Assembly: GCA_964016885.1 (NCBI GenBank) | Contig: OZ024745.1 | Location: 39,866,001-39,930,000, forward strand | Source: Eledone cirrhosa | Taxonomy: Eukaryota | Reading direction: 5' to 3' | DNA: 64,000 bases | In this document: one piece after another, positions 28,245 to 40,461 of the stretch | Layout of the letters: each line of letters starts with the position of its first letter | Numbering within the stretch: position 1 is the first letter of the stretch | Made by a program: the position numbers and the translations under genes | The notes under the pieces: generated by a model | Seen by the model: only the letters and a program-made list of their open reading frames with translations | The model's database searches: none | Told to the model about the DNA's origin: nothing

Positions 28245-28385
28245 TCCAGTACTTTATTCTGATTACAGCAACCTCGAAAAGACGGAAGGTAAAATTGACC
28301 TTGGCGAGACTTGAACTCAGTTACAGAGAGCATGCACAAAGCATTCTGTTCGACGTTCTAACAACTATGCGAATTTTGCTTCTCT
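28245..28385 (-). mobile_element. Degenerate copy of the same SINE
   Basis: GAAAAGACGGAAGGTAAAATTGACCTTGGCGAGACTTGAACTCAG. Confidence 0.6.
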
Positions 28386-29286
28386 ACAGTCGACTATACA
28401 AATATCTAATAAGTTTTGTTACATATCCACATGCAGTAAAATACATAATATCGTTATTGGCGTTTTTAATCTAGGTCAACTTAACCCTTTCCGAGAAAAC
28501 AGATTATTCAGGGTTGATGTAAATAGGCATGCATTTGATTCCATTGAATTTAAATGGGAAATATTTTTATTTTACTGTCCGCCAATATAGCAATCATACC
28601 AGAAATAAAGAAAAAATAGTTTTGAAAAGTTTGCTACAATAATTTCCTGATTATTAGATGGAGTGTGTGTGTGAGTAAAATTAGAATAATGCAATTTGTT
28701 TTAGCTTCAAAATGTTAAGGAAATTATAATGAAAATATTTAAATAAAGAATAGAAGTAGCTAACAAAGATGAAAAGAAAATATAGTAACAAGTAACGTTA
28801 ATATGGCAAATGGAATGATATTGCTTCAAGTGACAACTGGACATCGAGATTTTTTATTTCATTTTCAGTCATCTCAAAATAAATTGGATATTTTTATGAA
28901 ATTTAGATACTAAACGACAAAACCGATGTTGTTATGTAGTTTGGGGATGTGTGTTTAATATTGTTGGCATTCCATAGAGTAAATGTTTCCAATAGAAACA
29001 AAAAAGAAAAAAAACATCTGAGATATTGAGGCTGCCATTAATTCCAGAGTAAAATCCTTAACATATATTCTATTTTGAATCCGAGTATTCTGTCAGTACC
29101 TACTGATCCATGAATCATAAAGAAATATAAAATTAACACTTCCACAGTTACATATACACAAACACCACACCCACCTCTATCTAATTTTCTCTCTCCATCT
29201 GGCATCTCTTTCTATTTCTCTCTCTCTCTATCTCTCTCTCTGTTTATATATATATACATATATATATACACACATATATATATATT

Positions 29287-29352
<66 letters not shown>

Positions 29353-32047
29353 AGGTAGTATGGTGAAATAATAGTATTGGTGCCAAATTAAGCAATCTAT
29401 GCACAGGCAAAGTGTATATAATAGAAAAAACGGGGTAGTTTCGTTTACATATGAAACATATATTTTGCATATCGACCTGTTACGTGCGTTTCGCAGGGGA
29501 TTGGCTCTATCGCAACACCAGTCTTAGGAACAGAACAATACTGGAGTCGGGCCCATAACTCCTATCGGTCATATATATATATGTGTGTGTGTGTTTTGTG
29601 TGTATGTGTGCGTGTGTGTGTGTGCATGTGTGTGTGTAAGGAGATAGAGAGATGTAGAGAGCAAAATAAGAACATAAATATATTTAGCTTCAACAAACAA
29701 GAAGAATACAGCATTTGAGGTTGAGTTGTTATTCTGCAAGTAGATTCCGCTATTGGTTTGCGCTGAACATGTCGAAATGATTGTAATATCCAATAGGAGA
29801 CATAAAAAGGACTGTAGTAGCTCTGAATTGTGAATTGCTTATTGGTACTCAAATAATAGAAAGGAACCAGGTGTAATTCAAACGCAGAGTGACTGAGCAG
29901 GCGTCAATGTATTCTATGCGATGCTCGACTGGACCTACCAATGGATCTTCTTACATTGACCGTATATAAAAACATATTGGTTTTTGTTAACTATATTTGT
30001 GTAACTATATTTTTTACTACTGTATCATATCTTTAGTAATATTAATGCTTTCTCATTCATCGATGTTTTCATGGCGTTTTAACTGAGACCTTTTGATTCT
30101 GAAGATACATGCCCAGTCACATTGGTTCCCGCACTTCTCGAGTTACAAGACATTAAATATTCAATCCAATTCATAAAGGAAAGATTTTACCTATAATTAT
30201 TGAATCTGAATAAAGTAATGGGAAACCAATATTCGTGTTTTATAAGTTATTTGATTTTTATTGATTTCTGAATTTCTGTAAAAAATCAATTTATTTCCCC
30301 ACACGTTTTTTTTTTTCAAATCAGTTATCCACACCATCAAATAATATATGCGAAATATATATTTTCCATACATATAGAATCATTTGTATATATGTGATAT
30401 ATTTGTTTTGTTGTTTAGACATATGTGAAACATCACAGAGAAGGCGTTCTAATATAAACATTTCAGCCGAGATCACCAAGTCTTTATCCAAGTATTTATC
30501 ATTTTCAAATATTTTGAAGTACATGGTAACAAATAATCCGAAACTACTCCTATTCCTACTAGATTAACTTTAACTTTAAAGGGCTTATGTACGTCTGAAA
30601 ACCCGCCATTATAATTTTGTTAGAATATTTCTAAATTGTTTCATATACCTCCTTCATTATTTTCAAAATTACTTGAATATAATTGACAATGTATTTTCAG
30701 AAATTTCTGGTAAAACATGTATAATATGCTAATTCTTGTCTCTAATGATCACCTAGATTGATTACTAGAATCAATATATGTCACGGTATTTATATATCGG
30801 CGTGTCTAGCATAGTAGTTCAATTTCTTTAAAATATCCACCACTTTCAAATATTTATTGTGATGTACCTTTCCAATTTCAACATACTCTTCGATTCGAGT
30901 ATATTTATACCCAACATATTAATCTCTTCAATCTCGTCTAGAATATTCATTAAAGAATAAAAATAAAACGAAACAAATTCGTTCTTATATATTAGCGAAG
31001 TTAATGATAATTCAAATATTTTTTGAACAAGCACTATTTCGATTAATACGAATTCCCAGTAAGATTAACCCACCATGACAAATATCTATTAAGTTGGTAG
31101 AATATACGATATTACTGTTTCTATTAACATAATATGAAACTCAATAAATGTTATATGAATATATTCGACAATGATTCGAATAAGTAATGAAATATTTTAC
31201 ATTCAGATTCAAATTTCCCAATGGAATTACACGTATGAATAGGGTATCTCTAAGGAAAATAGCATGTTTATTTAGTTTCCCTGTTTAAACACGAACATTC
31301 TGCTCTAAACGTATTGCAGTATTTACGTTCCCCTTGTCGCATCCTAGTTCAAATAAAAAAAGTGTCGAATAACTTCTATCCAAGCAATAAACTTACTGAA
31401 TTATACTTACTGTTATAGAGACCGGTACATAAATTATTCTGCAGCTCAGACAACAGAAATCATTATAATTAAATATATTTGTCGAATGATATCTATTAAC
31501 TATTCATGCCGTTATAGCTATGTTGAGAACAAATCTCACGATAGGATGTTATATAAACATTTAATCAAAGAAGATTGAAACAGATTTACTTGATTTCCAT
31601 TTATATCACTAATATCAACAGAAAAAGAAGATATCCTAACAGTTTAATCACTTCACTTTATTTGCTATTTACAAAAAAGGAAACGTGGGTAATGTTCATG
31701 CGAGCACATCAAACTTAGATATATCAGTAATATAATTGCTAGAGCTCGTGTCAGTTAACCAGTCTCAAGTCCGAAGAACAGCATCAAGTTTTATATTTTT
31801 TTAATGTTAACGCTCTATATATATAAATAGCTTGAATTTATATTTTCCGACCCAGAATTTCTGAATTTAATTGTTACACAAATATGCTCTTTTGCAATAT
31901 TTTTTAGAAACCTAAAGAAGAACACTATTATGTGTAATATTGTCATTTACAGGCAATGCCATTTTTTATTGCTTCACAAATCATTCATATATATATGTTC
32001 AACATTCCATCATTGGCGCCGTAAAATTATGATTATTTAAAAGCCTT

Positions 32048-32049
<2 letters not shown>

Positions 32050-32079
<30 letters not shown>

Positions 32080-32630
32080 CTTCTTCTTCTTCTTCTTCTT
32101 CTTCTTCTTCTTCTTCTTCTTCGCCCACTTATTGCCGAGACGATCCTGGGGGCAGTGTCCTCAAACAGACCTTACAGCGGATCCTCTCAGAAGCAACTGT
32201 CACCAACTGATCCTGCTGGACCCCCAATCGAGTCTAGCCAAGGTCATGGATGTTATCCAACTATTTTGGATGGAGTCTATCCCTGGGTCTCTTGGTGGTT
32301 ACTTTTGTCCGTAGCATCTGTCCAGTGATTCTTTATTGAGGCTTCTTATTGCATGCCTAAGGTATCGGTGCTGTGATTACTCAATTCGGAGAAGTAGCAG
32401 CTCTACCTGCAGAGACTCTCGCATCTCTGAACTACGCACTCTATCAAGTAACGTTACTCCATTCGGAGGAATCCTATTTCGGCCGCTTGTTTTCGCGATC
32501 GCATTTCTTCCGTCAATAACCAAAATTCCTGAAAATGTCTTGCACTTAATCCAGCTACTACCTTCAATCACTCGAGAGCACGGGACAAAGATACTTGAAA
32601 ATCTCTACCTTCTCCTGTGGAGATTCATTC
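32050..32630 (-). mobile_element. 3' end of an RTE-like LINE with a (GAA)n/(CAA)n tail
   Basis: Minus-strand remnant TLLDRVRSSEMRESLQVELLLLRIE resembles an RTE ORF C-terminus. The trinucleotide tail is at 32050-32121. Confidence 0.6.
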
Positions 32631-32634
32631 ATTA

Positions 32635-33450
32635 GTGGCTATGCAGATCTCTTCGACACAGTTTCAGCAGTGCGCCAAGGCTGCATCTTATCCCCTCTAC
32701 TTTTCCTATTTATGATTGATTTTGTGATGTGAAAAGCCACAGACGACCCAGATCTAGATATCATTTGGACTATTTCTGGTTTGACTAACCTCGATTTTGA
32801 GATGATATTGCTCTTCTCGGTGAATCAGAAGAGTCACTGGAGATATAGACCGGCAAGCTGGCAAGTAATACTTCCAAAGTTAGGTGAGAATCAGCTCAGA
32901 ATATACGAAGTTCGTGACAGTGAAGGAAGAAAATCATATCAACAAGCACACGTGAAGATGAGGTTATGAGGTTAACCGACCTGGGTGGCAGCATTTCCAA
33001 CACGGACGATATGGAGGAAGGCGTGTTGAGCAGAAATGGAAAAGCAACCTCTGTCATTGGGAGACGTAAAAGCATATATTAATCTAATCAGATGACTCAT
33101 AGAACTGTGATAGGTTTGTGTAATTATCTGGTTATTCCGGTTGCCACCTATGCCAGTAAAATGTGAAGGATGACAGCAGAACATAAGCACAAGATGTATT
33201 CCACCAGAACCACTTCCAAACATTCTCAACAACTTTTGGAAAGGCAAAACTCCGAATGATAACCAAACAGAAATCACCAAGCTTCACAGTGAAGGAACGT
33301 CGTCAGAAATTTCTTGGGCATCCCTTTAGAATTCTCTCAACAAGACACGTAAGATATGGGCGCCTATTAACAACAAACAAGAGTACAGTCCTTAAAGTAC
33401 TGAGTGGAGAATATGCCAAATATCTTGCAGAATATCGCAGATGATGGGAG
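32635..33450 (+). mobile_element. Decayed LINE RT fragment (RTE-like)
   Basis: FDTVSAVRQGCILSPLLFLFMIDFVM*KAT...LTNLDF matches the LINE RT motif GVRQGCxLSP; many stops and frameshifts. Confidence 0.75.
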
Positions 33451-33510
33451 ATAACTTATTGCTACTCAATGTTCCGCATGAGATGTGAATATATCTATAT
33501 ATATATATAA

Positions 33511-34552
33511 AATTAGAATTGGTGCTCTGAAATAGCGATATATATATGAATGTATATATAGTGTATTTTGCAATTCACTGTATGCTTAATTAAAAGCATT
33601 TCGAAGACCTTACACTATTGTTTTAGAGTAAGGACAGTCTCACTTACTTTAAATTTTCATCAAACAGGGGGAAATAAAGCTGACAGAGCTCTTTTTCGTA
33701 CTTTTTGGTACTTATCAAAGCTATGTACGCCACATGTTTGCTGAAAATCATGAATGTTTGATTCTTATAGAATTCTAGTAATAATCAGGAACTGATTATA
33801 CAGAGCGGTTGCCGGTCAAGCAGAAATTGAAAATTAGAATTGCTGCTCTGAAATGGCGATATATATATGAATGTATATATAGTGTATTTTGCAATACACT
33901 GTATGCTTAATTAAAAGTATTTCGAAGACCTTACGCTATTGTTTTAGTGTAGTGACAGTCTCACTTACTTTAAATTGTCAGCAAACAGGGGGAGATAAAG
34001 CTGACAGAGCTCTGTTTCGTACTTTTTGGTACTTATCAAAGCTAAGTACTCTACCTGTTTGCTGAAAATCATGAATGTTTGCTTCTTATAGAATTCTAGT
34101 AATAGAGCTCTGTCAGCTTTATCTCGCCTGTTTGCTGAAAATTTAAAGTAAGTGAGGCTGTCCCGAGTCTAAAACAATAGCGTAAGGTCTTCAAAATGCT
34201 TTTCCTTAAGCATACAGTGTATTGCAAAATACACTATATATACATTCATATATATATCGCTATTTCAGAGCACCAGTTCTAATTTTCAATTTCTGCTTGG
34301 CCGGCAACCACTCTGTATAATCATTTCCTGATGATTACTAGAATTCTATAAGAATCAAACATTCATGATTTTCAGCAAACAGGTGGAGTACTTAGCTTTG
34401 ATACGTACCAAAAAGTACGAAACAGAGCTCTGTCAGCTTTATCTTCCCTTGTTTGATGAAAATTTAAAGTAAGTGAGACTGTCACTACTCTAAAACAATA
34501 GTGTAAGGTCTTCGAAATGCTTTTAATTATGCATACAGTGTATTGCAAAATA

Positions 34553-34558
<6 letters not shown>
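33511..34558. repeat. Array of ~321-bp HHR-bearing units: about 2 copies on minus, then about 1.4 inverted copies
   Basis: Direct repeat with period 321 (33678 vs 33999), inversion junction at about 34104, and (TA)n on both sides. Confidence 0.9.
33999..34043 (-). ncRNA. Type I HHR with compensatory U3-A8 core (other copies: 33678-33722 minus, 34394-34438 plus)
   Basis: AGCT-TTGATAA-GTAC(CAAAAA)GTAC-GAAA-CAGAGCTCTG-TC-AGCT, with palindromic helix III and a GUC triplet. Confidence 0.8.
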
Positions 34559-34631
<73 letters not shown>

Positions 34632-34673
34632 GAGGTTATATTTAATTTGTTGAGATTCAACAGGCTTAAACAT

Positions 34674-34825
<152 letters not shown>

Positions 34826-34856
34826 TAGTTAGTTAGCGTTATTATCATCATTATAT

Positions 34857-35182
34857 AAGGGCGGTGGATTGGCAGTATCGATAGAGCGTCGGATGCCATG
34901 CTCCGCGGCATCCAGTTACGACCCTTTACGTTCTGAGTTGAAATCACACCGAAGTTAGCTTTGCCTTTCATGTTTATGGTGTCTTTAATATAATTGTTTC
35001 TACATTTGACACAAGGCCAGCAATTACCCAGTGCATTACTGGTACTTTATTTTATCGACCCCGTAAGGATGAAAGGCAAAGTTAACCTCGGCGGGATTTG
35101 AACTCACATCGTAAAGGGACGTATCTGTGCTGTAAAGCATAGCCTCCGACCCTCTACCGATACTGCCAATTCACCACCCTTT
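34857..35182. mobile_element. Two octopus-type SINEs, tail to tail (34857-34990 plus, 34995-35182 minus)
   Basis: Plus copy: GGCGGTGGATTGGCAGTATCGATAGAG...TTTACGTTCTGAGTTGAAATC. Minus copy includes TTTATCGACCCCGTAAGGATGAAAGGCAAAG...GGATTTGAACTCA. Confidence 0.82.
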
Positions 35183-35262
35183 AATATAATACACTGGTAT
35201 TGGTTTAATCGTCTATACCGTTCCCTTACAATTGCTTGCCTTGTGCCTATACTATAAATAGT

Positions 35263-35297
<35 letters not shown>

Positions 35298-35302
<5 letters not shown>

Positions 35303-36017
35303 AGATTTGAATGGATACAGTTTAGTTGAAAGGAATTTATTGACACGTGCTTCTATAACAGTTACATAACCTAAAACAGCTATCTACAAACTTTTAGTTA
35401 TGCAGACATTCAATATTTCAATGTTATTATTTACTGTCATTTCATCAGAATAATATTACTGACGACCTATTTAGTTTTTATAGAGAATATTAGGAGGGAG
35501 GGGTGAAGTTGTTAGAAGAATAGTTGAAGGAGTGGTTTTTCGATAGCAGTGAGAATTCTTGGTGGCAGTGAGTAATTAGATTCCCATCTGTTGTTTTGAC
35601 ATTTTTTATAGAATATATTATTGGTGATTTTTCTTAATCTATAGAAGGATTAGAGATAGTAAAGATATGCGTGGTTGGTTTTGTGTTTGCACTTAATTAA
35701 CATTCAGACTTAAATTTTTCTTTCAAGTGTACGTATCCTTTCACCCACGCATCCACACACAAATATATTTGCACACCTCTACAAAATACATATACTCACA
35801 ATTCACATATTCATACTTACATATATATACACATGCATACACATATATATATACACATGTATTCATGTACATACATACGCGCTCATGTGTATACATTTTC
35901 ATACTCAACTTATCTTTATATACACACGTATAGACACACACATATATACATACATACTCTAGTCCATGTGTACACACATACACATACTTACACATCCATA
36001 TACACATATATACATAC

Positions 36018-36049
<32 letters not shown>

Positions 36050-36723
36050 ATATATACATATATATATACATATATACATATATATACACACACACATATA
36101 TACATATATATATATATATAAGCACTTTAATACATGAATACACTTACATCTAACTATACACATCAAACATATATATATATTTACTTATTTATATACATTT
36201 TCACATATATATACATACTTATGGACGTTTTTAGACACATTCATTATCGCATATTTGTACCTATTCTCATCAGCATATCTTTTCATTATTAGTATGGTAA
36301 TTTAAGGTTATTAATATATGTTGAGAAGAGATTGTTTTTATATTTTTCTAACTAGATTAAGGTTTACCCTAAAATGGGAAAAATTAGCTAAAACCCAAAG
36401 CTTAAAAGTTTACCCTAAAATGGGAAAAATTAGCTAAAACCCAAAGCTTTTCCAGGAGCCAAAATTTCTGCAAATTGTGTAATCTTGAGATTTATTACAT
36501 AATCACACACAAGAAGAAACTGCTGAATAACAGAATTGAACGAACATTATTAGGTCCTCAGTAATATTATTCTGATGAAATGACAGTAAATAACAACATT
36601 GAAATATTGAATGTCTGCATAACTAAAAGTTTGTAGATAGCTGTTTTAGGTTATGTAACTGTTATAGAAACACGTGTCAATAAATTCCTTTCAACTAAAC
36701 TGTATCCATTCAAATCTTTCTAT
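35298..36723. mobile_element. PLE 3'-end remnant bounded by ~170-bp inverted pLTR-like repeats with an imperfect HHR-like motif
   Basis: 35298-35470 is the reverse complement of 36550-36723, which contains ATT-CTGATGA-AATG...CATT-GAAA-TATTG-AAT. There is also a 46-bp-period duplication at 36362-36449. Confidence 0.65.
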
Positions 36724-36830
36724 TTTTCTCCGGATTACTTTTGGAACTACAACTGGAACCGTCGAGCAAACTCTACGTGAGCTGATAATCTACTGTGTGT
36801 AATATTTATATTACAACACAACGGAAAATA

Positions 36831-36870
<40 letters not shown>

Positions 36871-36932
36871 GTAGGGCACTGGAAGGTAATATCCGTAGTG
36901 GTACAGGACTCAGTCCATGGGACGAGTTGGGT

Positions 36933-37070
36933 AGAAGTGGTTAGACAACAGTTAGTTCACCATACCGAGAACAATTGTTTCACCTTAGCGGATCCCCATT
37001 TCGAGTTGAGGATCCGCTGAGGTGAAACAATTATTCTCGGTATGGTGAACTAACTGTTGTGAAACCACTT

Positions 37071-37072
<2 letters not shown>
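36933..37072. repeat. Fold-back palindrome of a pLTR fragment containing an HHR-like motif (37002-37039 plus)
   Basis: Inverted arms of about 60 bp; the motif reads CGAG-TTGAGGA-TCCGCTGAGGT-GAAA-CAATTA-TT-CTCG. Confidence 0.8.
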
Positions 37073-37108
<36 letters not shown>

Positions 37109-37515
37109 GTGATAGTTCTTTATACGTGATAGTTCTTTATATACGGAATTGCCATTTTGAATTCATTTCTGGCGGGGATCATGTTAGAAAAAACTTAGTC
37201 CAGTCTGAGGTATCTCCTGACAAGTTCCAAGCCTCGTAGCTATATCCAAAAATTTGAACGAAATCGCCGGTGGTCGGGACTAGAGGAATTTTGGTAAAGT
37301 GTATGTGCATTTTTTCTTCAAACTTCTATGTTATGCCTAACTCCGTGTAGTCAACTATATGTCTAGTCAATTTCTTCAGGCTTGCAATTTTATATATAGC
37401 TCTGATTAATGATTATTTGCTTAATTAATTCTTCAATGAGCCACACACTGAAAGGTTGCCAAACTCATATATGTATCTGTGACTATATCTAATTATATAT
37501 ATATATACCCCTTTG

Positions 37516-37559
<44 letters not shown>

Positions 37560-37564
<5 letters not shown>

Positions 37565-38385
37565 AGTTATATATTAATATATATGATAAACACGAAACGT
37601 GTTTGTATTGTCTTTATTGACTATATCGAGACAGACAAATTGTATTCACTTTAATTAGTTTATTTCATGCTGGCTAACTTTGTCTGTTACAATACAAACG
37701 CGTTTTGTGTTTATCATATATATTAATATATAACTTGTATTTCACTGCTTAAAAATGCCTCTTTCTTCGAGCTGATTAATTGTAAACGACTATGAGTCTA
37801 ATCTCTAAATATAATATAGTGTATTGCTCCTTAACTGTAGAGCTGATCTTTAATCCCGTGTAAACGGCTGTTATTTCTAGCACCGGGAATACGGGATGGC
37901 TAGTACAGCTGGCTACACACACGTGTAGTCAGACCTGCAAAATTTTTGAAGGTGGAATGTACTAATTTTACTGGATTCCTGTTGATAAGCACAGAACATT
38001 TGGATATTTCACTTTTTATTTCAACTCCATTTCGATTCTCTTTATTTTTCAATGCATGTACCATCGTTGCGAAACATATTTGGGTTTCCAAGTTCAAATT
38101 CGTCTACGGAGCGGGTTTGGATTTTGAAATTTAAATTTGTCCAGGAATCACGGCTTTGGCCAATATAAGCTTGCCTTTATTGACTATATCGAGACAGACA
38201 AATTGTATTCACTTTAATTAGTTTATTTCATGCTGGCTAACTTTGTCTGTTACAATACAAACACGTTTTGTGTTTATCATATATATTAATATATAACTTG
38301 TATTTCACTGCTCAGAAATGCCTCTTTCTTCGAGCTGATTAATTGTAAACGACTATGAGTCTAATCTCTAAATATAATATACTAT
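37560..38385. repeat. ~210-bp direct repeats (37608-37820 and 38175-38382) plus an inverted partial copy, pLTR-like arrangement; a relative lies at about 60785-60880
   Basis: CTTTATTGACTATATCGAGACAGAC...CTCTAAATATAATA occurs twice. The 37560-37610 segment is an inverted copy of part of it, and the region is flanked by (TA)n. Confidence 0.8.
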
Positions 38386-38409
38386 ATATATATATATATA
38401 TATATATTG

Positions 38410-40407
38410 TTATACTTGGCGAGGGTCATATTGCCAGAATTAATAACAGAACACACTCACTGTTTGGTTGGTTTTCGCTTTTCGCTTCTGTGTCTTCTAT
38501 ATCGGTAATCTAATTTATTCGGTCCTCAATGTTGCCATTGACTGACCAACGGTCAAACATAATACAGATGCAATATAGACACAAACACATATATATAATT
38601 TATCAAAGTTCTTTCATTGCACATCTGCAACATCCTCAGTGGTGCTATTGTTTCCTCCCGTTACATTGTATGTCTACGCCATCTTTATTTAGTCTGTTTA
38701 TATATTTACTTATTTATTTGTTTGTTTGTTTATTTTATTGTGTCTTCTTTGCGCATGCGTTTGCGTGTGTGTATAGTGTTTTGCTTGATGTGTGTTCGTG
38801 ATTGGGTGAATGTGTATTGGTTAATGTATTCTATCTTTACTAGTGTGTGTTTATATGTGTTTGTTGTTATTGTGCTTGTGTATGTATTTATTTATTTATT
38901 TATCTATTTATTTATTTATTTATACTTCTCTTAGGTCTGTGTTGTTATTCCATTCATTCTTTCTGTTTAGTCTTGGCCTTCTAAGTTCTATTTCCCTGGC
39001 CTCTCTGATTTGCCTATCTGCTGGGTCATGTCTATGTTTAGATATTATTCTAATTTCTATGGTGTCTATGTTACCGTCGTGTTGTTGTCTAGCATGTTCG
39101 TATCGTACTGACCCATTTTTTCGTCCTTTTAGTTCCCCCCAGTGTTGGTCTATCCTTTCACCTATGCTACGAGCTGTCTCGCCTATGTATGTTGCTGTCA
39201 TGTTTCTGCAAGTACCCTCTGTACATCTTATGCTATAGACTACGTTTCTAGTTTTACAGTTTATCCGGGGGTTTACCTTACATATGATACATTTCCTATT
39301 GGTACAGTGGGTTTTCTTAAAAGGGTAGGGTTTGCTGATCAGGGATTTTATGGTGGTTCCTGACTTTTCTACCACCTTAATCTTTCAATGGGTCTTTCTC
39401 AGGGCCTTTCTACACTGGTTAGCTAATTTCGCTCCAGGGGTAGCGCCCACAAACATGACACTCTGGTATCTCTGTTTGACGTACCATGAGGTGGCTTTCC
39501 CTATCTTATGTCTAGCCCTATCTAAGCTATTCCATGATTTGCTCCTGTATAATGGGAAAATTCCTTTCATGTCCAGTCCTATGAGGGACTTATACTTGTC
39601 CATGGCTCCTTCATATACTCTGACTCTGTCTCTTTGGTTTTAGCCAGAGAACTGCATGCGGTTGATGAAGTGTTGGATGTGTCTTTCCATTTCTGTTGGG
39701 TCGCACATGCGGGACACATTCTTCATCACTCGTACCAAATCTGCGATCAGAATATTAAGCTTAGCACTACTGGACATTGCTGAGTTTTTGAGTATCAGGT
39801 ATTTGGAGGCCATGGGTTTAGCATAGTGTGAATGGAGAATGTGGGCTCTCTCGTCTATAGTGTTAATCCAGAGTTCCGTGTCCAATACAGGTAGTCTATT
39901 GTTAGGGTGTTTGGTAGGGTAGTCGATAGTTACAGTTATACTCTGGTGTATGGAATTAGCTATCTGCTGGATGCTTTCCATTGTGCTACGTTCTAAATCA
40001 AACTTGTTAGTGCTCTCTAGTGGGATGTTCTTATAACTATATTGATATCGTCTACGTAACGAGAGTACATGATGAGGTCTATGGAGCGCTCATTAAGGAG
40101 ATCTTTAAGTCTCGTTTCCCACCATACCATAAAAAGGTTGGCAACATCATCAGCTATGCTGACGCCAATGGCTGCTCCCTCATTTTGGGTCTAGATCTTC
40201 TCGTTGAACTTGAATATGTGGCCCTTTAGGGTAGTTTTCATACTAGCCCCTATTGCATGTGCGACCATTTTTCTTACCTGATCATTGTTTTGGGGGGTCC
40301 GTATGGCTTTGGTCCACCCAATCCACCTTCCCATGGGAGTCTTTTTTGCCATTGAGGTTATGGTGGGGGGGTCTACCTCTTATGGGTCTACTAGGGCAGA
40401 AACGTCT

Positions 40408-40410
<3 letters not shown>
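38410..40410 (-). mobile_element. 5'-truncated Penelope-like element (RT C-terminal part plus GIY-YIG), disrupted
   Basis: QNEGAAIGVSIADDVANLFM, MYSRYVDDINI (about 40030-40070), LPVLDTELW, and NVVYSIRCTEGTC...YIGETARSIGERIDQH (ORF 38920-39375). Flanked by (TA)n. Confidence 0.9.

Positions 40411-40461
<51 letters not shown>

Noticed and set aside
29477-29533. Minus-strand GAAA-CGCACG-TA-ACAG hammerhead-like half
   Set aside because: The 5' core reads TCCTAAGA, too degenerate to call.
37560-37720. GAAA-CG(T/C)G-TT-TGTATT as an HHR 3' half
   Set aside because: No CUGANGA-like core upstream; kept only as a repeat.
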